From positions 310,001 to 374,000 of the forward strand of contig JADEYG010000007.1 in NCBI GenBank assembly GCA_016906335.1: a DNA stretch of 64,000 bases, in the 5' to 3' direction. Under the pieces are notes generated by a model, which worked only from the letters and a program-made list of their open reading frames with translations, ran no database searches and had not been told where the DNA came from. Source of the stretch: Novakomyces olei (lineage: Eukaryota). Within the stretch, counting starts at the first letter, position 1; every line of letters starts with the position of its first letter. The position numbers and the translations under genes were made by a program. Shown here one piece after another: positions 13,114 to 24,772 of the stretch.

Positions 13114-15532
13114 ATGGACAGCGGATGGCAGTCAGAAGCGCCTGATTTAGTCGCGACGACTACGCAGCGACCGCCGAGCCCGTCTACGGAATCTTCACAT
13201 GGCAGTGAAGGATTCGAACTAGTTTCGTCTGCGAGCAGCAGCGACGAGGACGATGCCAGTGCAAACACTGATCCGGCTGATTTTTCCATTGAGCGGGATG
13301 ATCCAAGGATGAGCGAGAACGATGACGAGGGCACAGTGCTGCAGAATAGTGTAGGCGACAGTTTCCGAATGCCTTCGCCCAGTATGAGTGCGGATCGATC
13401 TGCCGCAGCTGGTACTGCTGCCCAAGGGCCCTACCTTGCAGCCAGTGGTGACGCGACTTTTGAGTTGAATGCTCCGCCTTTGCTCGGTTACGAGCCGTCA
13501 GCGGAAGAGGAGCAGCCCCACACGACTGATGAGCCTGGGAGGAGCGAATACTTTTGTGTCGCTCTCCTGGTAAACGCGGAACAGCAGTCTCGAGTACGCG
13601 AAAAATTGGAGAAGAGCATTGCCAGTGTCTCGTCTGCAAAAGTGCTGTTTGTGGAACAGCACTCGCAGCTGGAAAATGAACGCTGTGACTTGGTGGTTGT
13701 CGCCTCAGAGGGTCGGCCTCGTCGACACATGCTGCCGGTAGACCTGGCGGCAGTGCGCTCGAGTCTGTGCCAGGCGCCCGTTCTGCCTGCCTACAATATG
13801 GCTTATTCTCTGGCCGAGCGTGTGGTAATTTCTTTGCTTTTATTGAGCTTTTTTTGTTTTTATTTTTTTATTTTTTATTTTTGTATTTTTATGTATTTTT
13901 TTTCACCAGCCGTTGCGTGTCTGTTCTTTCTTTCGTCTTTATTTGTGCTCTACAGTTTTTTTTTGCCAGGATACGACAGTCTATCTGCTTATTTTTGCGT
14001 TTTTTTTTTTTTTTACCTTCATTTCTAACAGTATCTAGGCCCCGTTTTTCCCTGCAGCACAGCTGTGCCGTCCGGTTTGGACGGTTACAGAGCTACTTGG
14101 CATGCCAGACTCCTCGCTGGGCGCTTTTGCACTAAAAATCGCAAAACAAGGCGATAGCACTTTTACACTGTCCAATATTGCCGTCTCCGAGTCCGATGTT
14201 CCGCCTGATACCAAGCCAGACAGAAAAGCAGCTGGCAGCTCGGCCGGTGAGGGCAGACCGGCTGCCGTACGATTCAAGTATCTCAACAACGCGGCCAGCA
14301 GTGTGCAACAAGTCTTTTCGCACTTGTGTTTGCTGACAAAAGTGTACCGTACAAACATCTCTTGGGCCCTAGTTATTGCTTACATGGCGTTTTCCGGTAT
14401 TTATATTGGAATGACGTGGTTCCGGCCGCCGATGGCAGAGCCGCTCCCGTTAATGCCTCAGCTGCCCATGTCAGTAGCTCTCGCTGACGCTTCACTTAAA
14501 CCCGGAAGCAGCAGCAGCGATAATATGGACAAAGCGCTGGCACATTATACAGACATTGCTGTCATGATGCGTCTCGTCACGGACAATGCTGCTGTTGTTG
14601 ATTACGTTGGTCCACGAATTTCGGGGCAGGATAGCTGTCTGCTAGAGACGCGCTTGCTCCGAACTCCGTCGTACGAGATTCCCGTTACTACGACAGAACT
14701 GCCTCCGTTTGGCTGGTCATTGACGTGGGATCCCTTGCAGTGCTGGGGCAGTCTTGTGGCGGAAATTTGTGTTGCTTGCGGCACACAGTACTCGGGCTGT
14801 GATATCTTTGATATCGAGTTTGAAATGGCAGATCCACCATTCTCGTACTGGACGGGCGAGGTCGTTAAGCCGGGGATTGAGCATTTTATTAGCGCTAGTG
14901 CTGAAAGGGCCACTGAATTTGGCCGGAGTCTAGTCAATAGTGTGAGTCCAGTCTTGGCTCTGCAATGGCAGAAAGCAACATACTATCTACACAGCTTGCA
15001 ATCTGCCGAGAAGGTTTTGGCGCAAAAGGTAAATAGCGCACAGGCAACAGTTTGGACAAAGGACCACGCGAAGCATGTTCTCGACCAACTGTCTCTTTTT
15101 TGGTCGAGTAAAGGCTCAAGGGTCTGGACTCGTTCTTGCAGTTTAGTAAACGGGTTCATGGTGAACACGGCACAGGTCTACAATGAAACGAAAAGGAACT
15201 TTTTGTCCGAATCCTCGTTTGCCTCGTGGAGGGGAATCTTGTTGCGGACACAAAGTAGAGCTAGTCATGGGCTATCGCAAGTCGTTGAAAGCGCACAGAT
15301 CGCTTCATACAATCTCAATTATAAGTGGAAGCATTCTAGAGCTTACGAGCGCCTTGCCCGCTCTTTTCACTCAGTATTGACTTCGCTTGCTCCTGCTTCC
15401 CCAAAGGTGAAGAGTAGCGTATTGCACGGGTATACAGCCCTGAAAGCACGCTGTTCAGAGTGGGAAAGGCGAGCTGTGCCAATGATAATACAGTCGCAGA
15501 ACATGTTGAGGAATTGGATCGCTAATCAGTAG
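13114..15532 (+). CDS. Uncharacterised single-pass membrane protein (about 734 aa)
   Basis: Intron 13825-14038 (GTAATT..CTAAC..TAG) joins the two long ORFs in frame. Acidic Ser-rich N-terminus, alpha/beta segment, one TM (ISWALVIAYMAFSGIYIGMTWF), long C-terminal domain. Confidence 0.8.
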
Positions 15533-16496
15533 GACGCTAGCTCTGCAGGGAACAGCAGGCGCCGTACATGATGATTCATTGCTTTTATATGGCCTTTTGA
15601 TATTTCGAGTTTCTTTTTTTTTAAATTTAAATGGCTTGTTCTTTTCTCCTCCGGGTACGATCTCATACTTTATATGCCTTACTTTAATGATCAGGTGGAT
15701 CAGGTTTTCTGGCTTCGTGTTTTTTTTTTCCTTTTTTTCTTTTTTTCGGTTAGGGAGTTTCAAGGGGATTGGGGAAATTAGGTTGGCGCTGGGTTGGTTA
15801 GGGTCATATTTATTGGTGTTTTTATGGATCAGGAATGATTAAGGATGGTTTGGATTTGTTTTAGGGCAATGGGCATAAGGTCGGAAAGGATCGCACGGTT
15901 TGGGAATGAAACAGGTTATTAAATTTTTTTTATTTTCAATCAAGCGGATCACGTGCTGAGTCGCTTGAGTTTTTAATGTCTTGTCGTCGTTTGTGTTTAT
16001 AATTGATATGATTTTATTGGAAAAGATGTATGATATAAACGTAGTAGGAACAGACAGACAGGTATACTGGTTTGCCAGCAGTCGGCTCTTGTAGATTCAG
16101 TCAATACGTAAATGTGTCTGTAGCCAGATCAGCGCGATGTGAGATGAACAATTAAAGACAGAAATAGAGGAGCCGTGTACCGCTAGCTGCATGTCGGCAC
16201 TTTGAGATTGGGGTGGTTATCGTATTAATTCGAAATAATGCTTCATAACATTTATGGTCAAGGTAAAATGTTGTATGGGAACAAATTTAAAAAAAAATCT
16301 GTTTTTAATTTTATTGTTATTTTAATGTTAATATTAATGTTAATGTTAATGTTATTATTATTAAAAGCTTACCAGCATATATCTAACTGACGGGTAAAAT
16401 AAGCACAACATTGGGTAGTAATAAATCAATGTTTATATGGTCAACCATTATATATAAAAACATATAGAAAAAAGTTTCTTTGCATTTTGCTTCGAG

Positions 16497-17378
16497 ATGG
16501 CAGAGGATAAGAAGGAGCAGACGGCACTGCCGTCTTTCAGTTCGCTGAGCAAAGGAGACTCGCCTCTAGCGAGTGTAACTGCAAAGGCCTCTGAGGCAGC
16601 GAGCAACTCTGGAGCGGCGGAGACCGCGCAATCGCTGGCTGACAAAGCAAAATCCGTGTTTGGAACGAAAAAGGAATCAAGCAGCGACGACAAGCCGTCT
16701 GCACGTATCGGCGAGCCAAAAGAAACGAAGGAGGCTAAAGAAGACGCGGAGGTGCGGAAATTTTGCAAATTAGAACTAACTTTGTAAGGGTGAAGAGGCT
16801 CCTGAGTCTCCAGAAGTACATTTTGAGCCGGTGGTTAAGCTGAACGCGATTGATACAAAGACGAACGAAGAACAGGAAGCAGTTCTCTTCAAGATGTACG
16901 AAAATAATAAGCAAATAAAAATGCTAATGTACGCTTAGCCGTGCCAAACTCTTTCGCTACGATCGCTCAAACAAGGAATGGAAGGAGCGGGGTACTGGCG
17001 ATGTTCGTTTCCTGCAACACAATGTTTCCAAGCGTGTGCGGCTGGTTATGCGTCGTGATAAGACCCTTAAAGTTTGTGCAAATCACTACAGTAAGTGATA
17101 GAATATGGGAATAAGACTACGTTTTGCTAACGTCTAGTTTTGGCGGATATGAAGCTCACGCCTAATGTGGGCAGTGACAGGAGCTGGGTTTATTCAGTCG
17201 CAGCAGATGTCAGTGAGGGGGAGCCGACGGCCGAGACCCTGGCTATACGCTTCGGAAATTCCGAGAGTAAGAGACTATCTTGATGAGGCGCTGCTAATGC
17301 AAAACAGATGCGAACCTGTTCAAGGAGAAGTTCGAGGAGGCACAAAAGACGAACGAGGAAGCTTTTAAAAAAAAGTAG
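16497..17378 (+). CDS. YRB1: Ran-binding protein 1 (RanBD)
   Basis: Five exons give [76 protein letters not shown]. Confidence 0.96.
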
Positions 17379-18162
17379 ATAGGTTATAAATGAAAGTTTT
17401 CAGATTTGTTCTTTTTGCTCTTCACTGAAGCTTAGCAGCACTAGACTGAGAGGGATATTCCCAGAGAAAAGGACTGTTGTTCACATATAATTTATTTGTT
17501 GAGTTTCGCCAGGACGGTGTCGAACTGCGCTCCATCTAAGTCACGTATTCTATGGGAGACAATTTACATCCAGCGCCAAACCGTTTGAACGGACAGGGTT
17601 AGAGCATCGCCATCCTTTGAGGATCCTTCGGTATACGAGTACTCATACTGCACAATTACATTATGTGCTGTATAGTCTATAAAATACTGCAATTGTAGCA
17701 AACATAGGGTTAATCCACGCTGTATGGTGTCCTTCCGTATAATTCGTAAACGATACAAGCATCTACAATAGCATAGAAAACCCTAAATTTTCGACGAGGA
17801 ATAATGGCAGAAATAATAGCAAAGATAGTTAGCCCTCCCTAACCACAAGTATTTCTAGCATTTCCGCAGCTCTTTACACAATATGCAGACGGGCCCCGTG
17901 ATTTTATCAGTTGTCTGTAACGCATTGAAAAACGACACTTGTTTTAGCCACCTTGAAGAACTCAAAATTCCTAAAATCAAAGGCAGGAACGTCGGCCGCG
18001 CGGTTCGCTGGCAATTGCTGACAAGAGACGCCTGAAGCGTTGTTTGCGCGAACAAGCGGACAGCTTATCTCTGTTGACGAGAACGAGGCGCCACTTGTTT
18101 TTTCCGCATCCATCTCTGGTGAACCTCAATTTAATTAGTCAGAATAGCGTGGGATTCCCGCA

Positions 18163-19273
18163 ATGTCTGCCACGGTATGTCCTTTGCGCAGTAGTTTCCA
18201 ATTCCTTCGTCAGCATTGATTGTGGCGCTTCCGTACAATTTCATACAGTGTTTTACAATATTTTTCTAAGTGCTGTTTTATTCATTGCTGTTTTTTATTC
18301 ATTGCCGTCTTTTATTCATTGCTGTCTTTTATTCATTGCTTTTCATGTTCATTGCAGTTTTATGAATACACGTTCGTTTAACCTGATCTGATCACGTTTT
18401 GTTTGTTTACGGAAATGCTAAACCGCTAAGGTGAAAAGGACGATTCGAATTGTCACGCATCAGGTGAGTAAGATTGCGTGTATACGATCTAATGCATTCA
18501 GCATATTTTACCAGATGTGCCTCCTGAACAGGGTATCCCCTTGCGGCACTGGTCCTTGCGTATAGTGTGTGTGGACGCAGCGGGCCAGGAAGTGCCTGCT
18601 TCCTTTATTGAGCGTGTAACTTACAAGCTCCATCCTACATTTGCCTCACCGAATCGAAGTATACTATTCTGCTTTGTACCACGTTGCTAACGTAACAGCT
18701 ATTAAAAAGGCCCCCTTTATGGTGGAAGAAGATGGCTGGGGCGAGTTTGATATGGGAATAGTCGTACATTATGTCGATGGTGGGGGCAGCGCGCAGTTGC
18801 GGCACGATCTCAACTTTCAAAGCGAGGATTACACTGTAGATCACGTACTCAGTATCGGCACAGGACGGCCTGGACTGGCCCGGGCGCTGGCAGAGTCGGG
18901 ACCCGTACCCGGCTATGAGGCTCAGGCACCAAAAGGCCCCGGAACACCTGCTTCGGCGGAAGAGCCGCTCAAGAAGAAACGTCGGAGTGATAACGATGCG
19001 GCAACACCGCCACCACCAAGCAACTCGTCTAAAAAGCAAAGTCGGTCGCGCAACAAGCCGGTAGATATGGAAAAACTAGCAGATGTACTACAAAAGCTAG
19101 ATGAGGATTCACTGCTCCAAGTCGTACAGATGATTGACGATCAAAAATCTGCGGATACATATGTGAAGAACGATATAGACGAAGGCGAATTTCACGTCGA
19201 TCTCTATACCCTTTCAGACTCACTACTTGTCAATTTGTGGACGTTCAGTGCGGGGAAATTAGGTTTAAAATAG
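18163..19273 (+). CDS. TAF14: YEATS/ET-domain Taf14 (Tfg3)
   Basis: Four exons: MSAT|VKRTIRIVTHQ|..VTYKLHPTF..PF.VEEDGWGEF; C-terminal VDMEKLAD.L..EGEFHVDLYTL. Confidence 0.95.
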
Positions 19274-19556
19274 GAATTTGTAGCCTGAATATATTACATG
19301 ATGTTGATTAGAGTTGAATTGGGTGGACTCGCAATTTTCTGTAGCATTTCTTACAATTGAATAAGAAAAACAGACATTGTCGACTAGCACAAGCGCTCGA
19401 AATTTGAGGCACAGATGATGCGTCCTTGCTGGTATGGTCATTTCAATATCAGTCTCGTTTATTATACTAATCACTGATTAATTATCACCGAATGATTATT
19501 ATCTATGTATTTTCTAACTTGTTTACAATAACTTTACAAATGGTCCCTTGTTGCAA

Positions 19557-20812
19557 TCAACTCCATATCCGCAACTGAATGTTAGAGTAAGCGCGATCAA
19601 GGACTTACCGTGGTGTCCCAGCTAGCACTGCAGAGAGATATCTTGTCGTTACTTACAGCGAGTGCTGATACTGCCGCATCGTGTGCTCCAAGGACCCCGA
19701 CCTTTTCGCCGTAAAGAGTGTCCCACATCTGTATAGCCTTGCCACAGGCGGCAAAGAGAATCCGTGCGCTGGGCGACAAAGCAACGCCCACTGATATATC
19801 ATCACACTGGACATTAATAAAAGCCATAGAATAGACAGAGTATATAATTTGAAAAATACAGTTCACGCAGCAGGGAAGAAGCAAACAAGCTTTGTAAAAA
19901 AAAAAAAACCAAAAAAAAAACAAAAAAAAAACAAAAAAAAAAGAAAAAGACCGACCCTATAGTCAACCACGAATTCAATACGTACGTTATACACTTGGAG
20001 GCAAGCGTTTGCCCGACGGTCAAAAAGGCGGCACGTTTGATCGTCTGACGCGGTAGCAAACGCGTAGCCAGCCGGATGAAAATTGACCGAGTTTATATCC
20101 TTGGTGTGTCCTTCAACTGTGCATATGCAGCCGGTGCGCATGTCCCATACTTTTGCTACGCTATCACAGCCACCGGAAACAAACACGTTTGGATCGGGTG
20201 CAATTGACACGCTAGTAACGCCCGCAGTGTGGCCCTTAAAAGTACTGATGCGTTTTCCAGTGGAAATATCCCAAAGGCCACACGTTTTATCGCCCGACGA
20301 AGTGAGTACTTTATTCTCCTGCACGAAGCGGCACGCAGAAACGTACGCGTCATGGCCCACCAGGTCCTGAGCCAAACGCGTACCGCTATCGCCCATATCC
20401 GCTGAAGCTTTCAAGTCATACAGCGTGCAAACATTATCAAGGCCTCCAGCGGCCGCCAGCGTCTTTGGCCGTGAGAGAGCACAGCACATGACCCACGGCG
20501 AACGCAGTACCACTGTACGCTGCTTGTATCCAGTGTAGGCCGACCATAACAGCAGTCGGCCGTCTTGTCCGGCCGAGAGTACGTACTCGCCATCCGCAGC
20601 CCAATCTATAGAGTAGATCTTTTCACTGTGTCCACGCAGCACATGTCGCTGACGTAACCGAAACGGACGGAGGCGCGGTACTCTTCGACTTTGAGCAGCC
20701 TCGTTCACTATTAAGCAATAGAATCGTCAGCTTCGCCTACGGTACAGAGATCGCCGGACTGTATTGGGCACTTACACGTTGAGGCTCTTGCGGGGTACGA
20801 AGGCGGCTCCAT
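19557..20812 (-). CDS. Heterotrimeric G-protein beta subunit, Git5-like
   Basis: Four exons. LRGHSEKIY, SAGQDGRLLLW, WVMCCA, GGLDNVCTLY, TSSGDKTCGLWD, FATASDDQTCRLFD, SASWDTT|LRIWS*. Confidence 0.9.
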
Positions 20813-20930
20813 TGGCAGCTGCAGATGTACGAGCGAACCATCAACAAGAGCAAGTCGAGGTCACGGCTTGCTTGTCATGTCTGTCTGCGCCTTTTATAAC
20901 GTTACCCTCCCAATACTATTTGATAGATAT

Positions 20931-21144
20931 TAACCCTAACTAACCCTAAGCGATCAATTTCAATTTTTTGTTCTTGCATGTGTTAAACCCTGCCGGCACA
21001 TAGTTTGATACATTTAGCCATTTGTACGCTATCGCTGTCTATCGCTGTCAGCCACAAATCATAGCAGCCGAGCAACAGGCGAATCCTAATCTTACATGGC
21101 ACCAATGGCATATATAAAGTTGAATGAATTAGGGTTAGGGTTAG
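20931..21144. repeat. Telomere-type repeats in opposite orientations: TAACCCTAACTAACCCTAA (20931-20949) and TTAGGGTTAGGGTTAG (21129-21144)
   Basis: Seen directly. Confidence 0.85.
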
Positions 21145-21582
21145 TTTTTTGCATTTTGTTACTTTGTCCAGCTTGAGCTGTGCAGAATAGTCATGCGAGA
21201 ACGAAATTATCGTTCTCGCAAGCCCAAAAGACCTCGCCCGTCCAAAACGTAATCTAGATTCTTACGCGTGGCATTGATACACAATATAGAGATATATATA
21301 TAATTGGTTTCTAATAGACAATATCATATACACTGAAACTGCTCTCTCACAATGTTTCATCTCAAAATTTAGGTATAAACACAAACAATTGTCATAGACA
21401 CAAAGCTTATAAAACAACAGAGTCTTATAAGAGATCAAGAAACTTTTGTACATTAGAAAATAAACACAAGAAATAAAACAAGGCATGAAAAAAGCAGAGC
21501 TTATCAATGAAGCCCAATAATTGTACAGGAAAAATAGCCTGCATGTTTAGAACACAAGGCACACATCCAACTGCGCCCCGGG

Positions 21583-23409
21583 CTAAGCAGGAGGAGAAAA
21601 CCTCTGCTCCCGTATAGTAGTGCCATTAGCGAATCGGGCACGTACCACATACGATGAAAACGTAGCAGGCACATGCAGATGGGTCCATAGATCGTCCCAT
21701 GGCTGCATGTCAAGGACCACTAGACGCTCTGAATCTTTATAACTTTGCTCGTCCTTAGAACCCTCGGCTTGGCCATCCTTCTCCTCCGACTCATCTTTCT
21801 CGTCGTCCTCTCCATCAGCATCCATAAACTCTACCGCATTAATGCTTTGTGCCCCGTATTCATCTGTATAGTCTTCTAATTCAGCAGCGCCGTCATCCCG
21901 ACGGGCAGGCGTCTCTTTGGTTACACCAAAAACGACCCACGAGGCAATCTCAGTTGCGCCATTCCACCGGATACTGAGCCGAAAGAACCCGCTATCACTT
22001 GGCGAAGCCAGCGGCTGATCGTTACTCAGTGCTGGTAAAGATCGGAACGGATTCCATCTGTGCTGGCCGTTGTAGTTTGAAGATTCGACATGGTTATCAC
22101 GTGTCCGCTCGTCCAGCAATTCGTCGTCCCCTAACTGTGAAATGTGCACGTCAAAAGGCCATTGAGGCCGGCCCGTCCACGTGGCCCGGGTAGCACGGTA
22201 GCTTGAACGGCCATCGCCAAACTGTGCGTGGTACATGACTTTGCCGGACTCATAATCAAATTCTGTCACGTAGGGTTTGGATCCCCACCCGACAAACACA
22301 TTGCCATTATGTAATAGCTGTACGGACCCCTGAGAAGTGGAGGAAAGGCCGTTTGGCATTGGGTAAGTATGCATTACTGCAGCGTGTGGAGCACGCTTGC
22401 CCACTGCTTTGAACGGGCGCAGAGGCTCGTCCGAGGGCGAAGGATCAGTGGTAATAATAAGAGCACGGGACAATGGGGCAGTAGTACCAAACAGCCCAGA
22501 CGCAGAATTATCAAATAGTGTAATAACTCCATTGTCTAGAGCACTGCTGTCCCGATCCAGCCCGTGTAGTCTTGCGTGGTGAGCCCAGGCAAACCGTATG
22601 CTGTGGCCCAAACGAAAACTGGAACCGCGGCCGCCCAGTTTCCATTTGATGGCACCAGTAGTGCCATTGATTCGGTAGAGAGCACCCATATGCCGCGAAG
22701 AAATCAAATAGTCGCCGTTGGGATATTTGTCGACAGAGTTTATATGGAAATAATCAAAGGGCTGAGTATGGGACAAGCCGCGGAACCAGGCGAGTCGATA
22801 CGAGTCTCGTACATCCACATGGTCCAAGGCTGACCATTCAAACAATACTTTCCCAGAGGCAATATCGATTTCGTAAAACCGGCCGTCCAGCAGCCATTTC
22901 GATTTGCCTTGCACATCGCTCTTGATGGTATAGTAGCAGGTTACGAGTGCCGTATCCTGAGGCGTAACTTGAAACTCGTGAAAGTCAAAAGCTAGTGAGG
23001 GGTCGGGGTGCCGTACCTTATACAGCAGCTCATAGTGAGAATTAAAAAGCGCATACTCACCGTACCCATAGCCATTGATAAAGGACCCATTGAACCCGAC
23101 AATTACAGTCTCATTGCGAAAAGTGTGTGGCGCAAAATTGTACAGTCCCCATAAAGGCGCATCTGCGCCATTGCCGGCATAGTACACGTTTCCGTGTGGG
23201 GACGCGATCATTGGCCCGGCAGAGGAGTCGGTGAGAAACAGACGCTCATCTGGCCGCGGCCGATTCAGCTCGTTGTAATCCCAGACGCGTACGTCCAGGG
23301 AAAACGGACCCGTAGAGCGCAGCTGGGACACATAGTCCTGCAGCACCAATGGGTACAGCCATGGTATCACGATCGTGATGAGGGACGAGGCAGGGTACAG
23401 CAGGCGCAT
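21583..23409 (-). CDS. Arylsulfotransferase (ASST, Arylsulfotran_2-type), secreted or membrane-anchored
   Basis: FDFHEF, VLFEWSALDH, FDYFHINSVD, YLISSRH, WKLGG, QGSVQLLHNGNVFVGWG, SYR..W.G.P, WNGATEIASW; hydrophobic N-terminus; intronless. Confidence 0.9.
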   Translation of the reverse strand: MRLLYPASSLITIVIPWLYPLVLQDYVSQLRSTGPFSLDVRVWDYNELNRPRPDERLFLTDSSAGPMIASPHGNVYYAGNGADAPLWGLYNFAPHTFRNETVIVGFNGSFINGYGYGEYALFNSHYELLYKVRHPDPSLAFDFHEFQVTPQDTALVTCYYTIKSDVQGKSKWLLDGRFYEIDIASGKVLFEWSALDHVDVRDSYRLAWFRGLSHTQPFDYFHINSVDKYPNGDYLISSRHMGALYRINGTTGAIKWKLGGRGSSFRLGHSIRFAWAHHARLHGLDRDSSALDNGVITLFDNSASGLFGTTAPLSRALIITTDPSPSDEPLRPFKAVGKRAPHAAVMHTYPMPNGLSSTSQGSVQLLHNGNVFVGWGSKPYVTEFDYESGKVMYHAQFGDGRSSYRATRATWTGRPQWPFDVHISQLGDDELLDERTRDNHVESSNYNGQHRWNPFRSLPALSNDQPLASPSDSGFFRLSIRWNGATEIASWVVFGVTKETPARRDDGAAELEDYTDEYGAQSINAVEFMDADGEDDEKDESEEKDGQAEGSKDEQSYKDSERLVVLDMQPWDDLWTHLHVPATFSSYVVRARFANGTTIREQRFSPPA

Positions 23410-24772
23410 TGTGCTGCCAAACAGATCGCGGTGTAAGGCAATACAAACTGCCCTGAAATTGCCAAGTGTGCCCGCTCGCCTAAAAAATAAGCGAGATACA
23501 ATGTCTGTCGAACTCTGGCAAAGTATTAATTTTGTTTATAAATTTATTTCAATATGTAATATTAGGCACCGCTCCTTTGGAATATAATATACGCAAACCT
23601 CGTCTCTAAAGGGGAAAGTAGAGACTCACCGCTAATTTTAAAAGCTTAAAAAAGCGGGCAGCTGTTATCTCTGCCAAATGGGAGCGCCAAGTAAGCGTAC
23701 AGCGAACTCGTACAATGCTTGGCCGTAATTGTTTGTACCGTGAAAAAGGGACATATGAAACAGTCAATACATTTCCAAATTTTCTCTGCTCGACGGCTCT
23801 AATATCTAATACTTTTTTGTCACGCGCTCTTATCTACCAGAAAAGGCGCGCGAGTTTGGGTACTACATTCCACATATGTATCCGCAGCATTGCAGTGCGC
23901 GTGTACGATAAGAAATAAGTATGTAACTAGAAATATGTATGTAACTATCGAGTCTGGAGACTAAGGTTCTATCACGCAATTTATGTAATACGACGGATAT
24001 GAGATTAGAGATGGGTATTATTGTATTGTATACAATTCGCATTGTTACTTGGCGTTTACTCTTAATTTTCCGTTATCTATCATTTTCTTTGCCGCCAAAA
24101 CTGCTGTGCACGGTGAGGCTGCGTCCACTTGGCAGCAGCCCACGTTCATATTAAATTGAATTGAATTGAGCATTTTTTAATACATTGTTTGATTTCTTTA
24201 AAGTCGTTTCAATTGTTTCAATCGTTTCGATCGTTTGAATTGTTTAAATTGTTTGAGATAATGTCCATTCATCATACATTAATTCCAGTTAATTATATAT
24301 TTATTATACCAGTATGAGAATGTTGGAGCCAGGTCATTTGCTTATTATAGCTTTGCACTCTGTTTGCAAAACATTTTACCGCTCCTTGTAGCCCACCAGC
24401 ATTGAATTTCAGTCTGATAACTGTCCTCGTTGCCATCGTCACATAAAAGAATGTATATGCCGTTTCAAAGACGCAAGTTTTAGTTCAGATTTTCAATTGA
24501 GTCATCTATTCTATTGTCGCACTGATTTCCACCCGAATTAAAGACTATGTGATAATCACGGCAAACTCCCTTAAAAGCTTCTTTCCATCCTCAATATTGT
24601 ATGTAGTTGATTTATTATTCAGTTATATATTATTCATTACTATATATTATTCATTACTATATGTTGTCCAGCGCTATATATGGTCAGCACTATATTCGCG
24701 TGTGAATTTATTTATTTATTCTAATAAACTGGTTCATTTTGGCAATCGTGGAGCAAAGGACTGTCGTTACAG

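Noticed and set aside
17434..17490. Hairpin followed by ACA resembling an H/ACA 3' half
   Set aside because: No H box or 5' hairpin; it lies in the likely YRB1 3' UTR.
17593..17604. CTAACCCT as a telomerase RNA template
   Set aside because: An 8-mer is expected by chance at this window size, and there is little room downstream and no pseudoknot that I can see.
17907..18113. 68-aa ATG ORF antisense to the TAF14 promoter
   Set aside because: No recognisable motif and no convincing splice continuation.
20813..20878. In-frame MTSKP-TGA upstream of the G-beta as readthrough or recoding
   Set aside because: The extension does not resemble a G-beta helix, the ATG is too close to the TATA box, and no other gene shows an internal TGA.
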